A stretch of 23,805 nt of DNA from an uncultured delta proteobacterium (lineage in GTDB: Bacteria; Myxococcota; Myxococcia; Myxococcales; 40CM-4-68-19): contig CAIWCD010000005.1 of NCBI GenBank assembly GCA_903911145.1, positions 62,001 through 85,805 of the forward strand, read 5' to 3'. This document shows positions 1 to 8,754 of this stretch, in pieces (positions within the stretch are counted from its first letter, which is position 1; each line of letters starts with the position of its first letter). The translations under genes were made by a program, and so were the position numbers. The notes beneath the pieces were generated by a model, which was not told the origin of the DNA, made no database searches, and saw only the letters and a list, made by a program, of their open reading frames with translations.

Positions 1-173
1 ATCGTCCACGGGCCGCGATAGTTGCCCGCGGGAAGTTGCACGGTCTGCCCCGGCTGCAGCGATGCAGCCCAGGCTGCGTCGGGCATGGCGGCAAGCAGCC
101 CACGCGGCACAAGCGCCAGCGCGAGGAGCAGCAGGCAGCTGGCGCGCAGACGCGTTGGATGGTGCGCAGGCAT
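1..173 (-). CDS. Partial (5' end) secreted protein, possibly right-handed beta-helix/NosD-like family; continues off the left edge
   Basis: Not in the ORF track. ATG at 173 reads MPAHHPTRLRASCLLLLALALVPRGLLAAMPDAAWAASLQPGQTVQLPAGNYRGPWT... with no stop before base 1. It has a hydrophobic signal-like segment, then a PGxTVxLPAGxYxG motif typical of the N-terminal cap of beta-helix proteins. The family call rests on only ~57 aa. Confidence 0.6.
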   Translation of the reverse strand, partial: MPAHHPTRLRASCLLLLALALVPRGLLAAMPDAAWAASLQPGQTVQLPAGNYRGPWT

Positions 174-239
174 GAAGGCCGGACAGTACCCTGCGCGCCG
201 CGCTGGCCGATCGCACTTGATGGTGTACAAGCAGCGCGC

Positions 240-1442
240 ATGCTTCCTGTCGTCTCGCCAAATCCTCCGCAGAGCCCTGCGCCAGACGAGCGCCCGGATC
301 TGCGCACGCTCTCTCTGTCCGCGCTGCAGGCACTCGTCGCGCTCCTCGGCGAGAAACCGTTTCGTGCCAAGCAGCTCTTCCGCTGGCTGCATCACAAAGG
401 CGCGGCCTCGTTCGATGAGATGACCGATCTGGCGCGGCCGTTTCGCGAGCAGCTTGCGCGCGAGACGCAGCTGACGCGGCTCACCGCTGACGCCGTGCAG
501 GTCTCGACCGACGGCACGCGCAAGTATCGCTTCCGCACCTGGGACAATCGCTTCATCGAGTCGGTCTACATGCCCGACGAGGTCGGCGAGCCCGCGTTCG
601 ATCCCGATGCCGACGATGAAGATCCCGTCGAAGAGCCTCTCGCGCGCAGCAGTGGCAAGCCCGCGCGCGTGCGCCGTACGCTCTGTGTTTCGACGCAGGT
701 TGGCTGCGCGATGGGCTGCCGTTTCTGCATGACGGGAACGATGGGTCTGGTGCGCAACCTGACCGCCGGCGAGATCGTCGATCAGGTCTATCGCGTCAAC
801 GCGGACCTGCGCGGCATCAACAAGGGCGAGATGGATGCGCAGCGCCCATTGACCAACCTCGTCTACATGGGGATGGGCGAGCCACTGCATAATTATGCAA
901 ACGTGAAGCGCTCGCTCGATCTGCTGCTGCACCAGGATGGCGCGAACTTCAGCCACCGGCACGTCACGGTGAGCACGTCTGGCCTCGTCCCGAACATTCT
1001 GCGGCTCGGCGAAGAGACGCAGGTGAAGCTCGCGGTGAGCTTGAACGCGACCACCGATGAGCAGCGCGCGAAGCTGATGCCGGTCGACAAGAAGTGGAAC
1101 ATCGCGGCGCTGCTCGAGGCGTGCCGGCAGTTCCCGATGAAGAACGGGCGTCGCATCACGTTTGAGTACGTGATGCTGCGCGGAGTGAACGACACCGACG
1201 AGGACGCGGAGCGCCTGTCGACGCTGCTCGCGGGGATGCCGGTGAAGGTCAATCTCATCCCGTACAACGAGAATCCGGGTCTTGGCTTCGGCGATCCGGG
1301 CGTCGAGCGGGTGCAGGCGTTCCGGCGGCATCTCGAGCGGCGCGGCTTCGCTGCGATGGTGCGCAAGAACCGCGGGCGGGACATCGCGGCGGCCTGTGGA
1401 CAGCTCGCAGTGGCAGGGCAGGAGCGACCGCGCGCACGATAA
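240..1442 (+). CDS. rlmN: 23S rRNA/tRNA m2A methyltransferase RlmN (radical SAM)
   Basis: CVSTQVGCAMGCRFC (CxxxCxxC), MGMGEPLHN, TVSTSG, LAVSLNA, VNLIPYN, RGRDIAAACGQL. Start moved from 36 to ATG 240 because the longer frame overlaps the divergent minus-strand gene. Confidence 0.95.
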   Translation: MLPVVSPNPPQSPAPDERPDLRTLSLSALQALVALLGEKPFRAKQLFRWLHHKGAASFDEMTDLARPFREQLARETQLTRLTADAVQVSTDGTRKYRFRTWDNRFIESVYMPDEVGEPAFDPDADDEDPVEEPLARSSGKPARVRRTLCVSTQVGCAMGCRFCMTGTMGLVRNLTAGEIVDQVYRVNADLRGINKGEMDAQRPLTNLVYMGMGEPLHNYANVKRSLDLLLHQDGANFSHRHVTVSTSGLVPNILRLGEETQVKLAVSLNATTDEQRAKLMPVDKKWNIAALLEACRQFPMKNGRRITFEYVMLRGVNDTDEDAERLSTLLAGMPVKVNLIPYNENPGLGFGDPGVERVQAFRRHLERRGFAAMVRKNRGRDIAAACGQLAVAGQERPRAR

Positions 1443-1463
1443 CAAGGCGTCTTCGTGGCGTCA

Positions 1464-1508
1464 CAGTTACAGCGATGACACCTCGTTGTCACAAAGCGCC
1501 GATAGATG
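1464..1508 (+). promoter_or_regulatory. Pho-box-like array with downstream -10-like hexamer
   Basis: Heptamers CAGTTAC (1464), ATGACAC (1475) and TTGTCAC (1486) are in exact 11-bp phase and resemble the CTGTCA(T/C) pho-box unit. TAGATG lies exactly 10 nt after the last unit. The array is directly upstream of phoB. Confidence 0.65.
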
Positions 1509-2210
1509 CCTTCCGTGCCGAATATCCTCATCGTCGATGACGAACGCGACCTGGTACAGGTGGTCGAGTTCAATCTGCGCCAGGCGGGATTCGAGACTGC
1601 GAGCGCCTTCGATGGCGAGCAGGCTCTCGCACTCGTGAAGCAGCGCGTGCCCGATCTCATCGTGCTCGATCTGATGCTGCCGGACATTCCGGGCACCGAG
1701 ATCTGCCGCAATCTGAAGTCGAACCCACGCACGAAGAACGTGCCCGTCATCATGCTCACGGCGCGCGGCGACGAGGTCGATCGCGTCGTTGGATTCGAGT
1801 TGGGAGCCGACGATTTCGTGACCAAGCCGTTCTCGGTGCGCGAGTTGGTGCTGCGCGTGAAGGCGATTCTCCGGCGTGGCGCTGGTGTTGAGGAGGAGCG
1901 GTTGCGCGAGAAGGTGGGTCCGGTGCGCGTCGACCCGACGGCTCACCGTGCCTTCGTCGGTGCAGCCGAGATCGAGCTGACCGCGCTCGAGTTCAAGCTG
2001 CTCTCGACCTTCATGTCGCGACTCGGCCGCGTGCAGACGCGCGAGATGCTGTTGCAGGACGTCTGGGAGATGTCGAGCGAACTGCAGACGCGCACGGTCG
2101 ACACGCACGTCAAGCGACTGCGCGAAAAGCTCGGGCCCGAGGGGCGCGATCTGATCGAGACGGTGCGCGGCGTCGGCTATCGCATGCTCGATCCGAGCGA
2201 GCGCGAATGA
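1506..2210 (+). CDS. phoB: OmpR/PhoB-family response regulator PhoB
   Basis: Receiver motifs ILIVDDE, LIVLDLMLP, MLTARG and GADDFVTKPFS; winged helix RTVDTHVKRLREKL...IETVRGVGYR; first gene of a pst/phoU cluster. Alternative start GTG 1515. Confidence 0.92.
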   Translation: MPSVPNILIVDDERDLVQVVEFNLRQAGFETASAFDGEQALALVKQRVPDLIVLDLMLPDIPGTEICRNLKSNPRTKNVPVIMLTARGDEVDRVVGFELGADDFVTKPFSVRELVLRVKAILRRGAGVEEERLREKVGPVRVDPTAHRAFVGAAEIELTALEFKLLSTFMSRLGRVQTREMLLQDVWEMSSELQTRTVDTHVKRLREKLGPEGRDLIETVRGVGYRMLDPSERE

Positions 2211-3388
2211 TGGCTCTCTTCTCTCGCAAGATTCCCTTCGCCGAGGCCGCGCGCGCACTCACCGCGGACCTGCGCCAGAACGGGCTTACGTCCGCGGTCT
2301 CCCCGGAACTCGAGGAGCTCTCGCGCCTGCTGCGCGAACACGAGCCGAAGCCGGTCGTCGAGGACACGGGCGATCTGCTGCAGTCGGTTCTCGAGGCGCT
2401 TCCCGACCCGGCCGGCGTAATCGAGAGAGATGGCAAGCTCTCGCGCAGCAACTACCAGCTCGACGCGTTGCTCGGGCCCGGGCGCTCGATCGGTCGCACG
2501 CTGCTCGAGGCCACGCGCAGCGTCGATCTGGCGGATGCGGTCACGCGTGCGCTCGGCGGCGCAACCGAGCGTCGCGAGCTGACGCTGCCTGCCCTGCAGA
2601 AGATCGTCCTCGCCAGCGTTGCCCCTGTCGCGCGCAACCGGGCGCTGCTCGTCGTGCGCGATCTCACCGAGCAGAAGCGTTCCGAGGCGACGCGCCGGGA
2701 CTTCGTCGCCAATGCGAGTCACGAACTGCGCACGCCAGTCGCGGCCATCTCCGGTGCGGCCGAGACGCTCCTCTCTGGTGGCATCGCACTCGATGAGACG
2801 GCGCGATCCTTTGTCGAGATGATCAACCGTCACTGCTCGCGACTGACGCGACTGACGCAGGACCTGCTCGATCTCTCCCGGCTCGAAGCGGGCGAGTGGC
2901 ACGTCGAGATGTCGGCGCTCGAAGTTCAGCCGCTCTGCGAGCAGGCAATCGAGTTGGTGCGCGCGCGCGCCACGCAGCGCAAGATCACTCTCTCGGTTGA
3001 CTCACCGGCCCGTCTGCGCGTGCTCGCGGATCGTCGCGCGCTCGAGCAGGTGCTCGTCAATCTGCTCGACAACGCGATCAAGTTCAGCCCCGAAGGTGGC
3101 CGCGTCACGCTGCTCGCGGACGGCACGTCCAGCCACATTGTCCTCTCGGTCATCGACACGGGCGCGGGAATCGAACCGCGACATCTCGAGCGGATCTTCG
3201 AGCGGTTCTATCGCGTCGACAGCGGTCGGGCGCGCGAGGCGGGTGGCACCGGATTGGGACTCGCGATCGTCAAGCACCTCGTGCAGGCGCAGGGCGGCGA
3301 AGTCGGCGTCGAGAGCGGGCAGGGCGGCAGCCGCTTCTGGGTGAAGCTCCGCGCGACCGCCAGCGGCCACATCAGCAAGGGCCCGTGA
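2207..3388 (+). CDS. phoR: Phosphate regulon sensor histidine kinase PhoR (PAS-HisKA-HATPase), no obvious transmembrane segment
   Basis: H-box FVANASHELRTP, N-box NLLDNAIKFS, DTGAGI, RIFERFYRVD, GGTGLGLAIVKH; PAS-like region from LLQSVLEALPD to LLVVRDLTE; ATGA overlap with phoB. Confidence 0.9.
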   Translation: MMALFSRKIPFAEAARALTADLRQNGLTSAVSPELEELSRLLREHEPKPVVEDTGDLLQSVLEALPDPAGVIERDGKLSRSNYQLDALLGPGRSIGRTLLEATRSVDLADAVTRALGGATERRELTLPALQKIVLASVAPVARNRALLVVRDLTEQKRSEATRRDFVANASHELRTPVAAISGAAETLLSGGIALDETARSFVEMINRHCSRLTRLTQDLLDLSRLEAGEWHVEMSALEVQPLCEQAIELVRARATQRKITLSVDSPARLRVLADRRALEQVLVNLLDNAIKFSPEGGRVTLLADGTSSHIVLSVIDTGAGIEPRHLERIFERFYRVDSGRAREAGGTGLGLAIVKHLVQAQGGEVGVESGQGGSRFWVKLRATASGHISKGP

Positions 3389-3420
3389 GCACCACGTCGC
3401 ATCTCCCGAGAGGCAATCAT

Positions 3421-4491
3421 ATGAGGCTTGATATGAAGATGAATCGGAAGCTCGGACTCAAACTGGGCGCGTTGCTGTCGGGCGTCCTCCTTGCTGTGGG
3501 TGCCGGAGCCGCTCTGGGCGCGGACTTGCTCGTCAATGGAGCTGGCGCCACGTTCCCTGCGCCGCTCTATGCGAAGTGGTTCAGCGAATACAACAAGCGA
3601 TTCCCTGATATCCGGATCAACTACCAGGCGATCGGTTCCGGCGGCGGCATCAAGCAGATCACCGAGAAGACCGTCGACTTCGGCGCGAGCGATGCGCCGA
3701 TGAGCGACGAGGAGCTCGCCAAGGCGCCTGGCGTGATCCACGTCCCGACCGTGCTGGGCGCGGTCGTGATCATCTATAACGAGCCGTCGGTCGCGAATCT
3801 CAAGCTCACGCCGGAACTGCTCGCCGGCATCTTCCTCGGGAAGATCACGACCTGGAACGACCCGGCGATCGCGAAGGAGAACCCTGGCGCGCTTCCGACG
3901 ACGGCGATCACGGTCGCGCATCGTTCGGACGGTTCGGGCACGACGGTGGTGTTCACCGACTACCTCGCGAAGGTCTCTCCCGAATGGAAGACGCAGGTCG
4001 GGCAGGGCAAGAGCCCGAACTGGCCCGCGGGGCTCGGCGGCAAGGGCAACGACGGCGTGACGGGGCTGGTGAAGAACACGCGTGGGGCGATCGGCTACGT
4101 CGAGCTGGCCTACGCGAATCAGAACAAGCTGACGCTGGCGTCGCTGCGCAATCGCGACGGGCAGTTCGTCAAGCCCTCGATCGAGACGACCTCTGCGGCA
4201 GCGTCGGGAGTCGAGGTGCCGGCGGACTATCGCGTCTCGATCACCAACGCGCCCGGCAAGGACTCCTGGCCCATCTCGGCCTTCACGTACCTGCTGATTC
4301 GGCAGGAGCAGAGCGACGCCGCGAAGGGGCGCGTGCTCGCCGAGTTCCTCTGGTGGGCGGTGCACGAGGGGCAGCTGCTCGCAGCTCCTCTCGACTACGC
4401 GCCGCTGCCCAAGCCGGTGGTCGCGAAGCTCGAGAAGACGCTCGACACACTGACGATCCAGGGGAAGCCCGCGCTTGTCCACGTCCGCTGA
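3421..4491 (+). CDS. pstS: Phosphate ABC transporter substrate-binding protein PstS
   Basis: GAGATFPAPLY, INYQAIGSGGGIKQ, VDFGASDAP, HRSDGSGTT, GKGNDGV, WPISAFTY; signal peptide. Start uncertain (GTG 3385, ATG 3421/3433/3439). Confidence 0.95.
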   Translation: MRLDMKMNRKLGLKLGALLSGVLLAVGAGAALGADLLVNGAGATFPAPLYAKWFSEYNKRFPDIRINYQAIGSGGGIKQITEKTVDFGASDAPMSDEELAKAPGVIHVPTVLGAVVIIYNEPSVANLKLTPELLAGIFLGKITTWNDPAIAKENPGALPTTAITVAHRSDGSGTTVVFTDYLAKVSPEWKTQVGQGKSPNWPAGLGGKGNDGVTGLVKNTRGAIGYVELAYANQNKLTLASLRNRDGQFVKPSIETTSAAASGVEVPADYRVSITNAPGKDSWPISAFTYLLIRQEQSDAAKGRVLAEFLWWAVHEGQLLAAPLDYAPLPKPVVAKLEKTLDTLTIQGKPALVHVR

Positions 4492-5473
4492 AAGCGCGGT
4501 CGCGCCACCGGTCCTTCGCGAAGCATTGCCGCAGACCGGGGGCGTGCCGGGCCGCCGCGTGGCCGATCGTCTCTGGAGTGCGCTCCTCATCGCGTTCGGC
4601 GGTGCGATTCTGGTCGTTGCTGGAGTGATTGTCTTTTCGCTCGGACACGTCGCCTCGCCGCTGCTTCGCGCAACGCACCTGATCGATTTCCTCCTCGGCA
4701 CCGTCTGGGATCCCGAGCGAGAGCGCTTCGGTGCGTTGACCTATCTCTACGGAACGGTCGTCACGTCGTTGCTCGCGCTGGTGATCGCGGCGCCCGTCTC
4801 GATCGGGCTCGCGCTCTTCGTGACGGAGATGTCGCCACCGTCTCTGCGCTCGATCGTCTCCTTCCCTCTCGAATTGCTCGCTGGCATTCCCAGCGTCGTC
4901 TACGGACTGTGGGGACTCTTCGTGCTCGTGCCGCTTCTGCGCGAGACGGTCGAGCCGTTTCTCGCGCGCACGCTCGGGTTTCTGCCGCTCTTCAAAGGTC
5001 CGCCGATCGGTCTCGGCTTTCTCGCCGCGGGCATGATCCTCGCGGTGATGATTCTTCCGACGATGACGTCGATTTCGATCGAAGTTCTCAAGACGGTCCC
5101 GGGTGCGCAGCGCGAGGCCGCGTTGGCGTTGGGCGCGACGCCCTGGGAAGCGACGCGGCTCGCGGTGCTCCCGTACGCGCGCGCTGGCATTCTCGGCGCG
5201 ATCATCCTCGGACTCGGGCGCGCGCTTGGCGAGACGATGGCGGTGACGATGGTGATCGGCAACACGCCGCGGATCAGCGCCTCGCTCTTCGCACCGGGAT
5301 ACTCGCTGCCCTCCGTGATCGCCAACGAGTTCGCCGAGGCCTCCGGCGCGATGCACACGGGCGCGCTCGCGGCGCTCGGACTCCTCCTGTTTGTCGTGAC
5401 GCTCACCTTCAACTCCATCGCGAGACTTCTCGTACGCGTCGTGACGCGCGGTCCGGAACGGAGTGCGGCATGA
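4475..5473 (+). CDS. pstC: Phosphate ABC transporter permease PstC
   Basis: ELLAGIPSVVYGLWG, EAALALGATPWE, GRALGETMAV, IANEFAEA; TTG start overlapping the end of pstS (exact start uncertain). Confidence 0.93.
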   Translation: MSTSAESAVAPPVLREALPQTGGVPGRRVADRLWSALLIAFGGAILVVAGVIVFSLGHVASPLLRATHLIDFLLGTVWDPERERFGALTYLYGTVVTSLLALVIAAPVSIGLALFVTEMSPPSLRSIVSFPLELLAGIPSVVYGLWGLFVLVPLLRETVEPFLARTLGFLPLFKGPPIGLGFLAAGMILAVMILPTMTSISIEVLKTVPGAQREAALALGATPWEATRLAVLPYARAGILGAIILGLGRALGETMAVTMVIGNTPRISASLFAPGYSLPSVIANEFAEASGAMHTGALAALGLLLFVVTLTFNSIARLLVRVVTRGPERSAA

Positions 5474-6312
5474 GTCTCGCGCGCCGTCGATTCACCAGTC
5501 GCGCCATGACTGCACTCTGCGGCCTCGCGCTGCTGCTCGCGCTGCTCCCTCTCGTGTCTCTGCTTATGCTGGTCATCTCCCGCGGCGCGGCAGGCCTCTC
5601 ATTCGATTTCCTGACCCAGTTGCCCAGGCCGGTCGGCGAATCGGGCGGCGGCGTTGGCAACGCCATCGTCGGCTCGCTCTCGATCGTCGCACTTGCGTCG
5701 CTGATTGGTATCCCCGTCGGCGTCGGCGCCGGCGTCTATCTCGCCGAGAATGGCGACGGCCGCGCGGGCAAGCTGATTCGCTTCACCGCCGAGGTGCTCT
5801 CCGGTGTCCCCTCGATCGTCGTCGGCATCGTCGCGTACGGACTGTTCGTCGTCCCGATGCATCACTTCTCGGCGCTCGCCGGGGCTGTCGCGCTCTCTGT
5901 GCTGATGATCCCCACGCTCGCGCGCGGGACCGAAGAACTGGTCCGGCTCGTTCCGCGCACGCTGCGCGAGGCGTCGCTTGCGCTCGGCATCCCGGAGTGG
6001 AAGACGGCGCTGCGTGTGGTCGTGCGCACTGCGCTGCCCGGAATTGTCACGACCGCGCTGCTGGCGATCGCGCGGGCGCTTGGCGAGACCGCGCCCCTGC
6101 TCTTTACCGCGCTCAACAACCAGTATTGGAGCCACCGTCCCGACGAGCCGACCGCGTCGCTGACGGTGCAGATCTTCAACGACGCCGTCAGTCCCTATGA
6201 CGAACTGCACGCGCGCGCGTGGTCTGCGGCGCTGGTGCTGCTCATGCTCGTGGGCCTGCTTTCGATCGGTGCGCGGCTCTTCGCGCGCCTGCGAGCACGA
6301 GGACAACGATGA
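5470..6312 (+). CDS. pstA: Phosphate ABC transporter permease PstA
   Basis: MSLARRRF... from ATG 5470 (ATGA overlap with pstC); [32 protein letters not shown]. Confidence 0.93.
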   Translation: MSLARRRFTSRAMTALCGLALLLALLPLVSLLMLVISRGAAGLSFDFLTQLPRPVGESGGGVGNAIVGSLSIVALASLIGIPVGVGAGVYLAENGDGRAGKLIRFTAEVLSGVPSIVVGIVAYGLFVVPMHHFSALAGAVALSVLMIPTLARGTEELVRLVPRTLREASLALGIPEWKTALRVVVRTALPGIVTTALLAIARALGETAPLLFTALNNQYWSHRPDEPTASLTVQIFNDAVSPYDELHARAWSAALVLLMLVGLLSIGARLFARLRARGQR

Positions 6313-7127
6313 TCTCCGCTCCTCCTCCTGTTGCTTCGTCGGGCCCGCATCCCGCCCCAGCTGCGAGCGACACTGCACGCCCGAAGATCGAAGCGATCGA
6401 TCTCTCCGCCTGGTACGGCACGACGCACGTGCTTCGCAACGTCTCGCTGAGCGTTCCTGCCAACACGGTGCTCGCGATCATCGGTCCATCCGGCTGCGGG
6501 AAGAGCACGTTCGTCCGCTGCCTGAACCGCATGCACGAGCTCGTGCCGGGCGCGCGACAGAGCGGGCAGTTGCGCATCGACGGCGAAGATCTCCTCTCGC
6601 GCAAAGTCGATCCGGTCGATCTTCGTCGGCGCGTCGGGATGGTTTTCCAGCGGCCCAATCCGTTCCCGACGCTCTCCATCTTCGACAACGTGATCGCTGG
6701 CTTCAAGCTCAACGGCATTCGCGGAGACCACGCGGCGGTCGTGGAGAAGTCGCTGCGCCGCGCTGCGCTCTGGGATGAAGTGAAGGATCGCCTCCATGCG
6801 TCGGCGCTCTCCCTTTCGGGAGGCCAGCAGCAGCGCCTCTGCATCGCGCGCGCGCTCGCCATCGAGCCCGAGGTTCTCCTGATGGACGAGCCCGCTTCTG
6901 CCCTCGATCCGATCGCGACCGCGAAGATCGAAGAGCTGATTCATGAGTTGAAGCAGGTGCTGACCGTGGTCATTGTCACGCACAACATGCAGCAGGCCGC
7001 GCGCGCGTCGGATCGCACTGCGTTCTTCTACATGGGCGAGTTGATCGAGCACGGCGACACAGAGCAGATCTTCACCAACCCACGCGAGCCGCGGACCGAG
7101 GACTATGTGACAGGAAAGTTCGGATGA
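6309..7127 (+). CDS. pstB: Phosphate ABC transporter ATPase PstB
   Basis: Walker [60 protein letters not shown] 6309 overlaps the pstA stop. Confidence 0.96.
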   Translation: MISAPPPVASSGPHPAPAASDTARPKIEAIDLSAWYGTTHVLRNVSLSVPANTVLAIIGPSGCGKSTFVRCLNRMHELVPGARQSGQLRIDGEDLLSRKVDPVDLRRRVGMVFQRPNPFPTLSIFDNVIAGFKLNGIRGDHAAVVEKSLRRAALWDEVKDRLHASALSLSGGQQQRLCIARALAIEPEVLLMDEPASALDPIATAKIEELIHELKQVLTVVIVTHNMQQAARASDRTAFFYMGELIEHGDTEQIFTNPREPRTEDYVTGKFG

Positions 7128-7807
7128 GCCCGCGACACACGGACAAGGGGTACGAGGCTGAGCTCTCGGCGCTGCGCAATCGCCTGCTCGAGTTGGGCGG
7201 CAAGGTCGAGACGGAGATCGCGCTCGGGATGCGCGCGCTCGCCGAACGAGACGCGGCGCTCGCTGAAGATGTGATGGCGACCGATCGCGAGGTCAATCGC
7301 CTCGAGGTGCAGATCGACGAGGCCTGTCGCCGCCTTCTCGCGCTGCGCCAACCCGCGGCGAGCGATCTGCGCTTCATCACCACGGCGCTCAAGATCGTCG
7401 TCGACCTCGAGCGCATCGGCGATCTCGCGGTGAACATCGCTGAGCGCGCGATCGATCTGAACCAGTCGCCGCCGCTGCGGCCCATTCACGATCTGACCAA
7501 GCTCGCGCTCGCCTGCCAGTCGCAGCTGCGCAAGTCGCTCGACGCATTTGTCGATGGAGACACCGCGAAGGCCGAGGCGGTGATCAAGGACGACGACCTG
7601 CTCGACGCCCTCTATCACAAGCTCTTCAACGAGCTGCTTGGGCTGATGATGGAGGACCCGCGCAACATCCGGCGCGCCACCAGCTTGATGTTCGTCGCCA
7701 AGCACCTCGAGCGGCTTGGCGATCACGCGACGAACGTGGCGGAGATGGTGATCTTCATGGTGCGCGGAACCGATGTCCGCCACCCGGGCTCGCGCGCGCT
7801 CAAGTAG
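7124..7807 (+). CDS. phoU: Phosphate signalling protein PhoU
   Basis: [41 protein letters not shown] overlap with pstB. Confidence 0.96.
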   Translation: MSPRHTDKGYEAELSALRNRLLELGGKVETEIALGMRALAERDAALAEDVMATDREVNRLEVQIDEACRRLLALRQPAASDLRFITTALKIVVDLERIGDLAVNIAERAIDLNQSPPLRPIHDLTKLALACQSQLRKSLDAFVDGDTAKAEAVIKDDDLLDALYHKLFNELLGLMMEDPRNIRRATSLMFVAKHLERLGDHATNVAEMVIFMVRGTDVRHPGSRALK

Positions 7808-7872
7808 GACGAGCGCATTCACTCACTCGCAGTTGATCTACTCCGTGGAATCGTGCGATCGCAGCGACCCCT

Positions 7873-8739
7873 ATGACCACCCTCGGCGTCCTCGGCGGCT
7901 CTGGCCTCTACGATCTTCCCGGTCTCACCAACGTTCGGCGCGAGACGCTGACGACTCCGTTCGGCGCGCCGAGCGACTCGTACGTGATCGGTGAACTCGG
8001 GAATGCGCAGCTCGTCTTCCTCCCGCGCCACGGCGTCGGCCACCGCATCGCGCCGAGCGAGATCAACGCGCGCGCGAACATCCACGGGATGAAGCAGCTC
8101 GGCGTCACGCACCTCATTTCGGTGAGCGCGGTCGGCTCGATGAAAGAGGAGATCGTGCCGGGCCATCTCGTGCTCGTCGATCAGTTCATCGACCGCACGT
8201 TCGCGCGCCCGAAGACGTTCTTCGGCGACGGCGTGGTCGGGCACGTCGCTTTCTCCGAGCCGATCTGCGCGCATTTCAAGAAGCACATCGAGGCCGCGTG
8301 CTTCGCGGCCGGCGCACGTGCGCACTCGGGCGGAACCTACTTGTGCATCGAAGGTCCGCAGTTCTCGACGCGCGCGGAGAGCCTGCTCTATCGGCAGTGG
8401 GGCATCGACGTGATCGGCATGACGGCGATGCCGGAGGCGAAGCTCGCGCGCGAAGCGGAGATGTGCTTCTCGACGATCGCGCTCGCGACCGATTACGACT
8501 GCTGGCGCGAAGGGCACGACGCCGTGACGGTCGCGGATGTCGTCGCGACGATGCACAAGAACGTCGAGATTGCGCGAGAGGTATTGCGCGCGGTCGCGCT
8601 GGTGGCGGAGCGGCTCGATTCGCGTCCATGCGGCTGCGCGCACGCACTCGATCACGCGATCATGACTGCGCCTGCAGCGATCCCCCAGGCCGCGCGCGAG
8701 AAGCTCGCTCTTCTTCTCGGCGAGAGATACTGCGCGTAA
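7873..8739 (+). CDS. mtnP: S-methyl-5'-thioadenosine phosphorylase
   Basis: GVLGGSGLY, TPFGAPSD, FLPRHG, SAVGSM, DQFIDRT, EGPQFSTRAES, GMTAMPEAKLAREAE, ATDYDCW. Confidence 0.92.
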   Translation: MTTLGVLGGSGLYDLPGLTNVRRETLTTPFGAPSDSYVIGELGNAQLVFLPRHGVGHRIAPSEINARANIHGMKQLGVTHLISVSAVGSMKEEIVPGHLVLVDQFIDRTFARPKTFFGDGVVGHVAFSEPICAHFKKHIEAACFAAGARAHSGGTYLCIEGPQFSTRAESLLYRQWGIDVIGMTAMPEAKLAREAEMCFSTIALATDYDCWREGHDAVTVADVVATMHKNVEIAREVLRAVALVAERLDSRPCGCAHALDHAIMTAPAAIPQAAREKLALLLGERYCA

Positions 8740-8754
8740 TCCGCGGCGAGCGTT

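Noticed and set aside
36..239. N-terminal extension of RlmN in the ORF track
   Set aside because: It overlaps the divergent minus-strand gene and has no RlmN-like sequence.
8740..8754. Bidirectional terminator between convergent mtnP and the hypothetical gene
   Set aside because: The gap is only 15 bp, with no convincing stem-loop plus U-tract.
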